From an uncultured Candidatus Peribacteria bacterium (lineage in GTDB: Bacteria; Patescibacteriota; Gracilibacteria; UBA1369; LOWO2-01-FULL-3), in assembly GCA_964480115.1 (NCBI GenBank), contig CAYZOB010000049.1, positions 23,712 to 87,711 of the forward strand: a DNA stretch of 64,000 bases, read 5' to 3'. Below are positions 8,317-18,600 of the stretch, one piece after another. The position numbers were made by a program, and so were the translations under genes. Positions within the stretch are counted from its first letter, which is position 1; the number at the start of each line of letters is the position of its first letter. The notes below the pieces were generated by a model. That model was not told where the DNA came from, searched no databases, and saw nothing but the letters and a program-made list of their open reading frames with translations.

Positions 8317-9510
8317 CTATTCATCCCCACTACACTGCCGATCCAAAATTCTCTTGGAAAGCTTCAAACTATCGTTTAGAGGAGAGAAACTATTATTTAT
8401 TATCTCGAGTAAGCCATCATCGGCAATTCCCACTTGACGACCATCCAGACTGTTCAGGAATAACTCCATGCTCTGATCGGAAGCCAAACGATATAGCCCA
8501 TCAAATTCTGCTTTTAATTTGGCCGTATCCTGCTCAAATTTATAAGTGTCGTTGGCATTTTTCTTCGTCGATAAGTAATCCCTTTGGGAGAGACCACCAC
8601 CGCCGCCACCTCCACCACCGCCGCTCAGCTGCTTTTCAATAAATTTATCCGCTTCATCCAGCGCATCCTTGGGAGCCAGATCATTTACATTCACCTGCAC
8701 AATCGAGGACATATAGTCCGCAAAACTTTCATCGGTGGTAAAAAGTTCCACCGTTTTTATCGTTTTCAATTCCGTCCAAATAGAAGGACCTTTTCCGGCA
8801 GCATTGGCCGCGATCCCTTTTCCGGCTTCTTTCAGCCCCGCACCTTCACTGAAAAATTTCATGAATTCCTGCCATTTTACACCCACGCCTTCCCATGAAC
8901 TTTTTTCACAATCTATATACTGGTTTTTGCGCTCAGCATACTTATTTTCAAGATGCAGAAATAATTGATCGAAATCTTCCTGATTCAAAAAACTCCCATT
9001 TACATAGCTATCCCTCATATCGCTATATAGAACATTCCTGTCGACCATCGCCGCCTCTTTCAATAGTGCAGTTTGTGCCGCCGCCGGCAGCATTTTTTTC
9101 GAGATGATTTTCACCACATGCCTCACATAATAAATTTCCATCAATAATTTAGAATAGGCCTTTCTTAATTGGGGCACATTCTCATTGTTACAGGTCAAAA
9201 AGGCATTTCTAATCGCACTGCGTATTTTATCTTCCTGTTTTATCAGCGAATAAATATCATTGCTATGACACTGGTTTCTTACCAGCACATCATTCCACGG
9301 CTCCAGCACTCCTTCCACAAAGCCATCATTGTATATCAAACTTTTTAAAAATATCCCGAAATCAATTTCTCCTTTTGCAAAACATCTGATCACGCTCAAA
9401 TTTCCATCTTCATTATACACATTTGTGCTTTCAGCTTTGCTCACATTACTCGCCACGCTATTCAGCAAGAGCGTTAGCAATATACCAATTATGATGCTGT
9501 TTTTTTTCAT
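8317..9510 (-). CDS. exported hypothetical protein (397 aa), last gene of the giant-protein operon
   Basis: N-terminal signal peptide (MKKNSIIIGILLTLLLNSVASNVSKA), a Gly9 run and a C-terminal ...DRQCSGDE. The start overlaps the upstream stop (TAATG). Confidence 0.8.
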   Translation of the reverse strand: MKKNSIIIGILLTLLLNSVASNVSKAESTNVYNEDGNLSVIRCFAKGEIDFGIFLKSLIYNDGFVEGVLEPWNDVLVRNQCHSNDIYSLIKQEDKIRSAIRNAFLTCNNENVPQLRKAYSKLLMEIYYVRHVVKIISKKMLPAAAQTALLKEAAMVDRNVLYSDMRDSYVNGSFLNQEDFDQLFLHLENKYAERKNQYIDCEKSSWEGVGVKWQEFMKFFSEGAGLKEAGKGIAANAAGKGPSIWTELKTIKTVELFTTDESFADYMSSIVQVNVNDLAPKDALDEADKFIEKQLSGGGGGGGGGGLSQRDYLSTKKNANDTYKFEQDTAKLKAEFDGLYRLASDQSMELFLNSLDGRQVGIADDGLLEIINNSFSPLNDSLKLSKRILDRQCSGDE

Positions 9511-11363
9511 TAGTTTATGTCTGGTTTATTAAGAATTTCATCCAGAGTACCTTTGTTTATTTTCTTAAAGGTATCTTCGAAATTTTTGAATAGAGCATTC
9601 ATTTGTTTTATTTCCTGCAGTATGCTACGGGAATATACCATTCGGTTTGCCAGCTCATTACCAATCTCGTCAGACTCCACCCTTACTCCAGCCTCTGTTC
9701 CGGCAACGGCTTTCACATTGCGAATTCTATCGGCCAAATCGGATTGTCTCAATTCTCCATTGGCAATTTTTTCCTGTAATTTTAGATTAAAATTCTCAGT
9801 CAAATCCTGTCTGTCAGCGCTGTCAAAATGTAATTTATCCAACAAAGCCGGCTTATAAGTCTCGGAAAATTTATTCCATTCTTCCAATATATTCCTACCA
9901 AAAATCAGCTTATCATTCGATGGAGTGGGGATAGGATTCCAGATGGTAATAAATTGGATGTTCAATAGTGGAACGGCCACCGCCTGTTTGCATTTTGCCG
10001 ACTCCATCTCATTGCCGGTAACTTTATTTGGTATCAAAGTATGATCCAAAGTCTTTTTCAGATATTCATTTATTTTTTCCACTTCACAGAGAATGCAGCT
10101 CTCGCCCTGCATATAACCAGATAGAACTTTTTTGATAATTTTAACATCAAAGCAAACACTGGCTTTCATGGAAACGCTCTCACTGGTGTAATTTGCCGCC
10201 GCTACGCCTCCACCATCAATGAAATTTTCAACGGCTCCTCCGAGACTGTCAAATCCCTGCTCACCTATGCCGGCAAACACTCCGGGCTCATCCACGCCGG
10301 AACACCATCGTTTTTCCCATTTATCAATGGGTGCCGGAGCGATAGGTAAAGCTGGAGCGATAGCAGCTGGAGCAGTGGCGGCAGCTGGAGCAGTGGCCGT
10401 TTTATCTCCATTGCCATCACCACCATTTTCATCCACACCACCCACACCACCCCCATCACCATTGCCACTTTTCTTATCTCCGCTCTTCTTATTGCCATTT
10501 TTCGCGGCATAATCATTCAAAGCACTGGTCAATGGATCATTTGGAGCACATATGTCCTCATCCAGAACTTCCGCCGCCACTTTTTGATCTCCTCCAATAT
10601 CAATCAAGCCCTTGATACCACCAGGAGCATCAGTTTTCCCGCCGCCATCAGCACTATTTTTCTCATCGCCCAAAGGCAGGAAAGCTACGCCAAACTGATT
10701 ATCATTTGGTACGTTGGAATTTAGCAGTAAAGTTTTTTCATCCAGTGTTGGCTTAAAAGGCGAAGTATAGGCATCTTGATATAACCCACCAATTGTCACC
10801 GGAGATTTTTTCAGAAAAAGCACATCTTCAATCAATGCAAGATCATACACAAGATCAAATCCAGAATCATTCAAGTCATTATTGGCAAACATCTCCGCGG
10901 GTTTGACCTGCGTATCCAACTCGTTTTGAATTTGATAAAGCTCACTTAAATCGGCAAAATTTCTTTGCACTTTACTCATAACTTTCGCCGCATCCTCCTG
11001 GGACATTGTCGGATGTTTGGAAGAATTCAAAATCGGGGTCAAGCTGCCATTTACCACCAGTCGCGCCTGATCCACTGTCATGCCATTATTATTTGCAACT
11101 TCTTGCAGCGCACTTTTGCCGGAATCACTGGTTATTTTTTTATAAATCAGATTATATAGATTTTTGCCCTTCTTTGTAGCATCCGTAGGGCTGAAAATAC
11201 TTTTCCAGTCAAATGAGTTATTATCAATCCAGGAAACTGTGGTATTCCACCAGCCGGTATCACTTTCACCATGCGCCACCTGGTTGTTATCCACATAAAT
11301 CAATCCCGTGGATGTACCCACTCCCAGCATTAAACCTATAATGATTGGTAAGAATTTTTTCAT
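9510..11363 (-). CDS. exported hypothetical protein (617 aa) with a G/A/P-rich linker
   Basis: Signal peptide MKKFLPIIIGLMLGVGTSTG. A central low-complexity stretch (GDGGGVGGVDENGGDGNGDKTATAPAAATAPAAIAPALPIAPAP) is followed by a Cys-containing C-terminal domain. Confidence 0.8.
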   Translation of the reverse strand: MKKFLPIIIGLMLGVGTSTGLIYVDNNQVAHGESDTGWWNTTVSWIDNNSFDWKSIFSPTDATKKGKNLYNLIYKKITSDSGKSALQEVANNNGMTVDQARLVVNGSLTPILNSSKHPTMSQEDAAKVMSKVQRNFADLSELYQIQNELDTQVKPAEMFANNDLNDSGFDLVYDLALIEDVLFLKKSPVTIGGLYQDAYTSPFKPTLDEKTLLLNSNVPNDNQFGVAFLPLGDEKNSADGGGKTDAPGGIKGLIDIGGDQKVAAEVLDEDICAPNDPLTSALNDYAAKNGNKKSGDKKSGNGDGGGVGGVDENGGDGNGDKTATAPAAATAPAAIAPALPIAPAPIDKWEKRWCSGVDEPGVFAGIGEQGFDSLGGAVENFIDGGGVAAANYTSESVSMKASVCFDVKIIKKVLSGYMQGESCILCEVEKINEYLKKTLDHTLIPNKVTGNEMESAKCKQAVAVPLLNIQFITIWNPIPTPSNDKLIFGRNILEEWNKFSETYKPALLDKLHFDSADRQDLTENFNLKLQEKIANGELRQSDLADRIRNVKAVAGTEAGVRVESDEIGNELANRMVYSRSILQEIKQMNALFKNFEDTFKKINKGTLDEILNKPDIN

Positions 11364-11364
11364 A

Positions 11365-12051
11365 TTATTGACACTGACTGGTAGATGCGTCTACAAAGCG
11401 CACCGGAAATTCGGCCGCACGCAAACGTATATCTTTCAAAACTGATTTGTATTTTGTTAGCTGGTATAAAATTTCCTGGTACTTTATATGCATCGGGTAG
11501 GCCAGACGAAATTCGTTATAAGCGGAAACAGTAGCCTCCATCACGGCTTTTGCCTCCTGAGATTCTTGAATTGTAAGCTGAGCCCTTTGTTTAAGTATAG
11601 CCGAAAGTTGGCTTGCTGAAGGCATTTGACTGAAGTTGAAATCGGGATTTTTTTGCAAATAATCCAGCCTTTTCAAATAATCAGAGTACCTGCTCAGTGC
11701 TTCGATTGATAAGCAATAGCTGCTCAAATTTTGCTCCCCGCATTTTTGCAGAATGGTAGGAATATCGTCTTGGTCCAGCAGATTGTAAGGCGGCAGAAAC
11801 AGCTTTTTCTTCTCGGCATTCTGATAAAAATCCGGCTCGCTCACGAGCTCAATCAATTTTTCTATTTTTGCGTTAAAAAGATCATTCATTTCACCGTGAT
11901 AGCCACTGAAAGCCGTCAAGTAACTGCCAGCTGTTCTGAAATCTATTCTCGTTTCACCTTCGGCATAGATGGTATAGCCTCCATAGACGAACATAACAGT
12001 CAGCACGGCTGTAAAAAAAGTAACGAAAATTTGTTTCAAAAGTCTCATCAT
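11365..12051 (-). CDS. signal-anchored hypothetical protein (about 228 aa)
   Basis: The ORF extends to 12066, but the ATG at 12049-12051 forms an ATGA overlap with the upstream stop and yields MMRLLKQIFVTFFTAVLTVMFVYGG. Helical body, C-terminal ...STSQCQ. Confidence 0.7.
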   Translation of the reverse strand: MMRLLKQIFVTFFTAVLTVMFVYGGYTIYAEGETRIDFRTAGSYLTAFSGYHGEMNDLFNAKIEKLIELVSEPDFYQNAEKKKLFLPPYNLLDQDDIPTILQKCGEQNLSSYCLSIEALSRYSDYLKRLDYLQKNPDFNFSQMPSASQLSAILKQRAQLTIQESQEAKAVMEATVSAYNEFRLAYPMHIKYQEILYQLTKYKSVLKDIRLRAAEFPVRFVDASTSQCQ

Positions 12052-12647
12052 CCTGAAGTTATGCATTGTTTTAGAAAGCCCGGAAAAACATTTTTAAAAG
12101 CTGAGAAATATCCAAACATCTGTGAAATCGTCATGTTTAAATCTCTAAGTTGATTGTTTATCGCCTGATATTTTTCCAGCATTATGGTCGCGGTTTTTGT
12201 AGCGTTGGTTTGCTTTATATGATCAAATAAAAGCTTTTTTCCTGCTGAGTAATATTCTTCCAGCAGCGCGGAACATAAGCCAAAAGCGGCATTCGTGGCG
12301 GCTATGTTTGCCTGTTCACTATCAAAATTCAACCTGTCAAAAAGATTCTCAATATTAACCTTGAATTCATTGTAACGGGCTATCGCCAGATTGGTGAGCG
12401 AACTCGTACTGCTCTTATTCTGAAAAGTTTGATTCAGGAAATCCAGAAATTCTTTCAGCTCAATATCCATCAGCGGAACCAGGGTACTTTGACATTCACT
12501 GGACGGCGTATTATTCAATTTTCTCATCAATTGAGCTTTAACTTTTTCTTGAGCGCCGGCCTCGCCGGCCTCTCCGGCTGCCACCGCGACCAATGAGTGC
12601 GTCAGCAATACGCATATAACCCCGATTACAATTAAACATTTTTTCAT
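12048..12647 (-). CDS. exported hypothetical protein (199 aa)
   Basis: Signal peptide MKKCLIVIGVICVLLTHSLVAVAAG, helical body, C-terminal ...FLKQCITSG. There is a 1-nt gap to the giant gene stop. Confidence 0.75.
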   Translation of the reverse strand: MKKCLIVIGVICVLLTHSLVAVAAGEAGEAGAQEKVKAQLMRKLNNTPSSECQSTLVPLMDIELKEFLDFLNQTFQNKSSTSSLTNLAIARYNEFKVNIENLFDRLNFDSEQANIAATNAAFGLCSALLEEYYSAGKKLLFDHIKQTNATKTATIMLEKYQAINNQLRDLNMTISQMFGYFSAFKNVFPGFLKQCITSG

Positions 12648-12648
12648 T

Positions 12649-15600
12649 TTACTTGGTTATTGTTTGAATTTGCACCTCGTTACCTTTGGTGAAGATATAA
12701 GTTTTATCATTCGGTTTTATTTCATAATACTGTGGATAATACTTGGCAACAACGGGGAAAAAGACGTCTCCCGGAATTAAATCAGCTTTGTGCGTAAAGG
12801 TGGAAATACATGGACAGGCATTACATTCCGCGGGTACCAAATACAATCCCGGAACGCTCTGATTTTTACAGCTGTTCAATTTATCGTCATCCTTTTGATT
12901 GAGAGGATCACCACAATCTTCGACTTCCTTGCCATCATTTTTGCTTCCACCATCGGTATCGGGATTATATGGATCGGTGTGGTAAATATTTGTTTCCTCA
13001 TAGTTCGAAAGTCCATCCTGATCCTCGTCTATTGCATCATCAACCGGATCCAGAGGGTTTGTATGCATTGCAATCTCTTTTCCATCCTTCACTCCTCCCT
13101 GGTCGCTATCGGCATCTAAAGGATTCAAATTGTTGGTACATTCCTGCGAATTACTAAGTCCATCCTGATCCGGATCGGCTTTGGCATCGGTTATCTTATA
13201 TTTTGCCGCGCAATAATCCGTCAAGCCATCATTATTTGTATCCTGCTCGAAACAGTTATAGATGTCGAGTACCCGTTGCACCATTACCAATAATTCTCCG
13301 AAATTCATTAATTTAGCCGGATTTTTAGCCTCTTCTTCCGTGATAACAAAGTTGTTTTTTATTGGCTTACCACTTTTCAAATATGGCGTCAGATTTCTGG
13401 CGGCTTGCAAATAATCACCATACCACGGATCACCTTCTTTCAAGGAACTCATGTCGATAATCCCACGATATTCTAAAGCTTTGAGAATAATTTTTATCGC
13501 TTCGGCTCTCGTGATATTATTTTCCGGCTTGAAAGGTGATAGCCCCGAGTCATTTTTTTCTCCCTTGTAGCCATCAATAAATTGCAATAGTGTAGCTTCT
13601 TTAATATCCGGATGATAGTCACCAAGCAGCGCATTATCCGTATATCCACTACCGGAGACAAACGCTTTGTACGCTTCTTCACGTGGAATTACACAAATCA
13701 TTTTCAGCAGAACTTTTACGAAATCTTTTCTCTTTACCAGATCCTCCTGGGTGAATTTAAAGCTTGGATCAATGACATAATTTGCCGCATCGGGTCCTTT
13801 TGAAATAGCCAGCGATCCATTCAGTACACCCGCCGAAGGTTTGCGCGGACTCATCTGCGGTACATCATTTGCACCGATGATAGTCGCCGGTTTCAAAAGC
13901 GCCACATAGATTTCTCCTACAGTTTTACCGGCAAAATTAACATTTATAATCAAAGGATCATTCGCGTGGTCATTTATTTTTTGCGCTATAGTTAGCCGCT
14001 TATCAAAAATTACAACATTGCCTGAGCTATCAACAGAGGCCAGAACTTTATTTTCCGCAACATTCTTTAGCACGGCTCCACCGGGATTATCCGCGTCATT
14101 GGCCGGTAATTTTTCAAAAATAAAATCATCACTTTTATCCAAATCATCGATATTCACTCCCTTCAAATCCCCCATGTTTTCAGCCACAAAGCCAAAGTTC
14201 TGGTAAATATTTACATCACTGTTAGCATCGGCAACCATATATATAGTACCCAGAACTTGATCATTTTTATCTTTAATTTCTAAATTTGTTGGTGTATTGG
14301 GCGGGATAGCCTCATTGATAACCGCTTTGTAGCCATCTTCTATCGCACCAATATTGCCGGTCTTCGGATTAATCTCCGCCACCACTTCACCGTCGGCATT
14401 TTCCACCAAAATCATATCATCGAGGATTAAATCCCTTATAAAATATCCTCCACCGGCTTCGGTAAAGGCCTCTTTCAGCTTATCAATTCTTGGCACCAGC
14501 TTCAGCTGCCCATTAATCACTCTGGAAATATAGCGACTGCGCATTAACCAGAAAGGCAGCTCTGGAGTCTTTGGCTCCGTAGTGCCGGTCGCCTCGCCGG
14601 TAGCGGCAAAAGATTCATCAAGAGAAATAGCCGGCGCTATAACGTGAATGGTAATTTCTATACTGGAGTTTTTGCCGGAAGCATCGACCACATGCAGTAG
14701 GAATTTATGATCTCCAATGTCTCCCTCATTTTCAAAAGGGCCAATGTTAAAGTGTGAATTGGTCTTATCATTAAATGGGAAGCCATCTCCATCTTCATCA
14801 ATCAAAACAGTCACGTCGCTGCCCAGAATTTTTGGCATTGGCGTAATCTTTAATTTATCGCCCGTATTCGGATCGCTCTGACTACTTTCATATGGCATTC
14901 TTTCCAGATAATACTGCTCTATTTTACCATCAGGATCAAAAGATCCGCCGGCATCGATTTCCAGATTTTGGAAAATGGAAATTGTATATTCGGTGGAATT
15001 TATCACCGGCATCGGCGACTCGTTATCCGCGCAGGATTGAGGAGCGGCGATGACTGTATCGGAAATCAGCGATTTTTCATCATTGGAATTCACGGCGAAA
15101 ACATTGACGTAATAATTGCCATTTGGGACATTCTCGGAAATTCTTGGTGAATTTTTATCACTCAAAGCACTGACGATTACCTTGAAATTATAGGCGGCAT
15201 TTTCTATGTCATCATAAATTGATTTTCGCAGCACAATTTCATAGCTTACCGCGCCTTCGACAGGCAACCAGCTAATATCAAATTTACCCGTGCTGATAGC
15301 CGGAACTGCCAGACCATCCACGGCAATACCTCCCTTGTTTACAAAATCTCCCACCGCATTATTCGTTAAGCCTATAATCAACTCGCCTTCCGGCAATTTG
15401 AGATTGTTGGCCGGATTATAATTAGTCTTCAAATAAATATCTCCACCGGTGGAATATACAATGTCATAATCCTGATCATGATCCACGTCGCTGAAGAGAA
15501 TATTGGTTTTACCTTTCAGTTCCTTGGTGTAATTGAGCACATTTTCACTAACAGTGCCGGCGCTTACATAGAATCCTATTGGTGGCGGAGTAGGTGCATT

Positions 15601-18600
15601 TGCATTGTCTACGATATCCTGCGGCGAGAAATTAATGGCGGCGGCGATCAAATCACGTTTGCCTGATAAATCAGCATTTTCAGCAGCCTGCTTGATGGCA
15701 CTCTCAACTTCTTTGCCAAGGAAACTAAAGGCTAAAGTTTTGCCGACCTCTCCCACATTACTTCCGGTCACATCATTTGCACTCGGGTTTGCGGCAATCA
15801 AATCGACTCGCTGTGAATTATTATCAACTAAAATTTTTCCGAATTCATTGTAATCGTCTATTTCTTTCAGAACTCCATCGGTAGCTTTCAAACCTTTGGT
15901 ATAAGCGATCATCTGATCTCTTAAGGCAGCCATTTGCAACAAACCCGAAGAATTCGGCAGATTTTCATATTTAATGGCATTTTCAATTTCCGCAAGACTT
16001 CGATTCAAAAGTGGATTACTTGAGTCGATAAACTTTTGCGTGGCAACAAGATTGTAAGTATCAGGCCCCTTGTTTTTTTCCAGCTCCGCGACATATTGAT
16101 TCATTTCCACCCGGATATTTTCCATCTGGAAATTTTCCATCTGGATATTTTCAAAGCTCAAAGGCTTATCCAATTTCTTCTGCACACCATTTTGAGCCTT
16201 ATCTATTAAAGTCTGAATATACTTATTGACAATTTGGCCATATGGCAGAGAAGTATACTTATTAATGTTTCCGATAAATCCGGCCACGCCGTCATTCCAA
16301 ATTTTCGCACCCTTGTCGGCAGCCACATAGATAAAATTAGTATCAATAGTGAAGTTCAATTTACCATTAATTCTAATCTGATCCACATAGCTGTACTCAA
16401 TGGGTGGGAACTGCACACCCAGATTTTTTACAATTGGCAGTACCACTTGAACATTTGGTTGAGTCATTGTTTCAATTTCTGTCTCAAGCAATGTTTCCGG
16501 AATAAACAATTGACCATTTTTCAATAAGCACAAGATTTTGAAAATAAATTTCAAATTAGTCATGAATTTACCCACGAAATTTGGTAATGCCGGAATCTTT
16601 GGTGGCTTCGGTAAATCCGGCAATTGCGGCAAAGGTATCTGGGGCAGATCTGGTAAATTCGGCAAACTGAAATCCGGAAATTTAGGTATATCAATCTGAA
16701 AATCAAGCTTTCCACCAGTAAGGGCATCCAAATCGAAATTCAAATCCACCGGCAATACATCGGGCAGATTTATATCCGGCAAATTCGGCAAAATTATTGG
16801 CTCCGGCCTGAAAACCACATCCGGCCATATTATCGTTACGCCGGTCTTTATTTGTGAAAAATCCACTACGACATCAGGCAACTTTGGCAGGGGAATAATT
16901 GGAATATCCGGAATCACGGCAAAGAGTTGCAGCAAAAGTCCGAGCTTGCTGAAGCGATCATTCTTACATTTATCACAGGACTGCTGATACTCCGTCACCG
17001 TATCCATGATTATCTTCCACTGTTTGAAAGTGCGAATGGTATCGCGAATAGCTTTGGTCCATGATTCAACAATCTTTTGCTGACGGTTAATATAGCCGCC
17101 GGTATACTGCATTATCGCATCCAGATAACAAATAATCTGCGTCGCATATTTAGCCTCCACATTTCTCCAATGCAAAATATCTTTTGGTAAATTGGCTATT
17201 TTATCCAGGGCATCCATAAATTTTCTCACCGAATTAATCAATGTCTGCATGTCCACCGTAATCGCATCACAAAAAGTCTGGCGATTTTCATTTTTCTCAC
17301 AATCCCAAAGCTTATATTTCTGTAATTCACTTTCCATATGCTTAATCCAGGCATCAGCTTGATACTTGTATTTGGCTATTTCTTTTGGCGAAATGGCCGG
17401 AATTTTAATGATTATTTCTTTACCTTCCAGTTTTACAAATGGAAAATTACTTAGGCTGGTGGCAAAATCATTGAACCCTCTGAAGCTGAATTGTTGTGCT
17501 GCCAATTTGCTTTCCTGACCCACCCTGGAAAAATCCGGCAATACGAAATAGAAAGTGGGGAAGCGTAATAATTTTGTATATATTTCATCAATTTCACCAT
17601 CCAGCCAATTGGTGACCACGCTTGGGAATCCCGGCACTTTAACATTTACTTTTGAAGTTGCAGAAATCGGATCACGGGCATTGCCCCAGCTACCGCCGGT
17701 ATCCACGCCTTTAGCGCCACCTGCACCCTGACCGTCTATGATTGCAGCCGATTGACCGGTTTCCACATTCACCACTGCTTTACTCGCAGCTGAAATCACC
17801 CCATGAACAGCCTGCTTTACCGCCGCACACACTCCGGGTATTCCACCGGGAACTGAAAAGGCAAAACATCCGCCGACACCGTTTGGTCCTGCGCACGCTG
17901 CACCACCCAATCCTAAAGTTGTTGTGGGAGAGATGTAAAATCTGAAAAACGAATTTGTACCAATGGAAGGTGCAAATGGTAGAACATATGGAGGATAAGG
18001 CACGATACTCACCGCCGGCAATCCAGGAATAGCCCCATCCTGAGCCAATAAAGCATAATTATAGGGAATTGGCAGACAACCGCCTCCCGAGCAGCGCAAG
18101 TTTGATAAGGTATTTTCTATTCCTGTAGCTAAAGCCTCACCACTGCTTTGCGCGGTTATCAAAATATCACTCCATTTATCCGCACAGCCGTTATAGTCTT
18201 TATCTTGATTTTGGCTGGCGGCAAACTTTTTGAGCATGGCAGCCATCTCCGGTGATACCTCCCCTTTGGCACTTGCTGCGATTATCTCGCTTGGAGACGG
18301 CAACCCCAATTTTGCAAAAGTATCATCCACGGCATTGCTGGAATTATCCGCCGGAGTCGTCTCGAATTTCTCATATTTCTCTGATTCTACGGAATAAAGA
18401 TAAGTAATTATTCCATCAGGATTCACTTCCGGCCTGATCATAATATCGCCATAAAGATCGTTGTTAGATGGATCATCCTTATTCGCCGTATATTGGACGA
18501 AATTATTGCCAAGCTCGAAATGAATTTTCGGCACCAGATTCACAATCATTTTATAGCTGATAATTCTTTGTCCGCCAGCCGGCACGCTGATATTTTTAAT

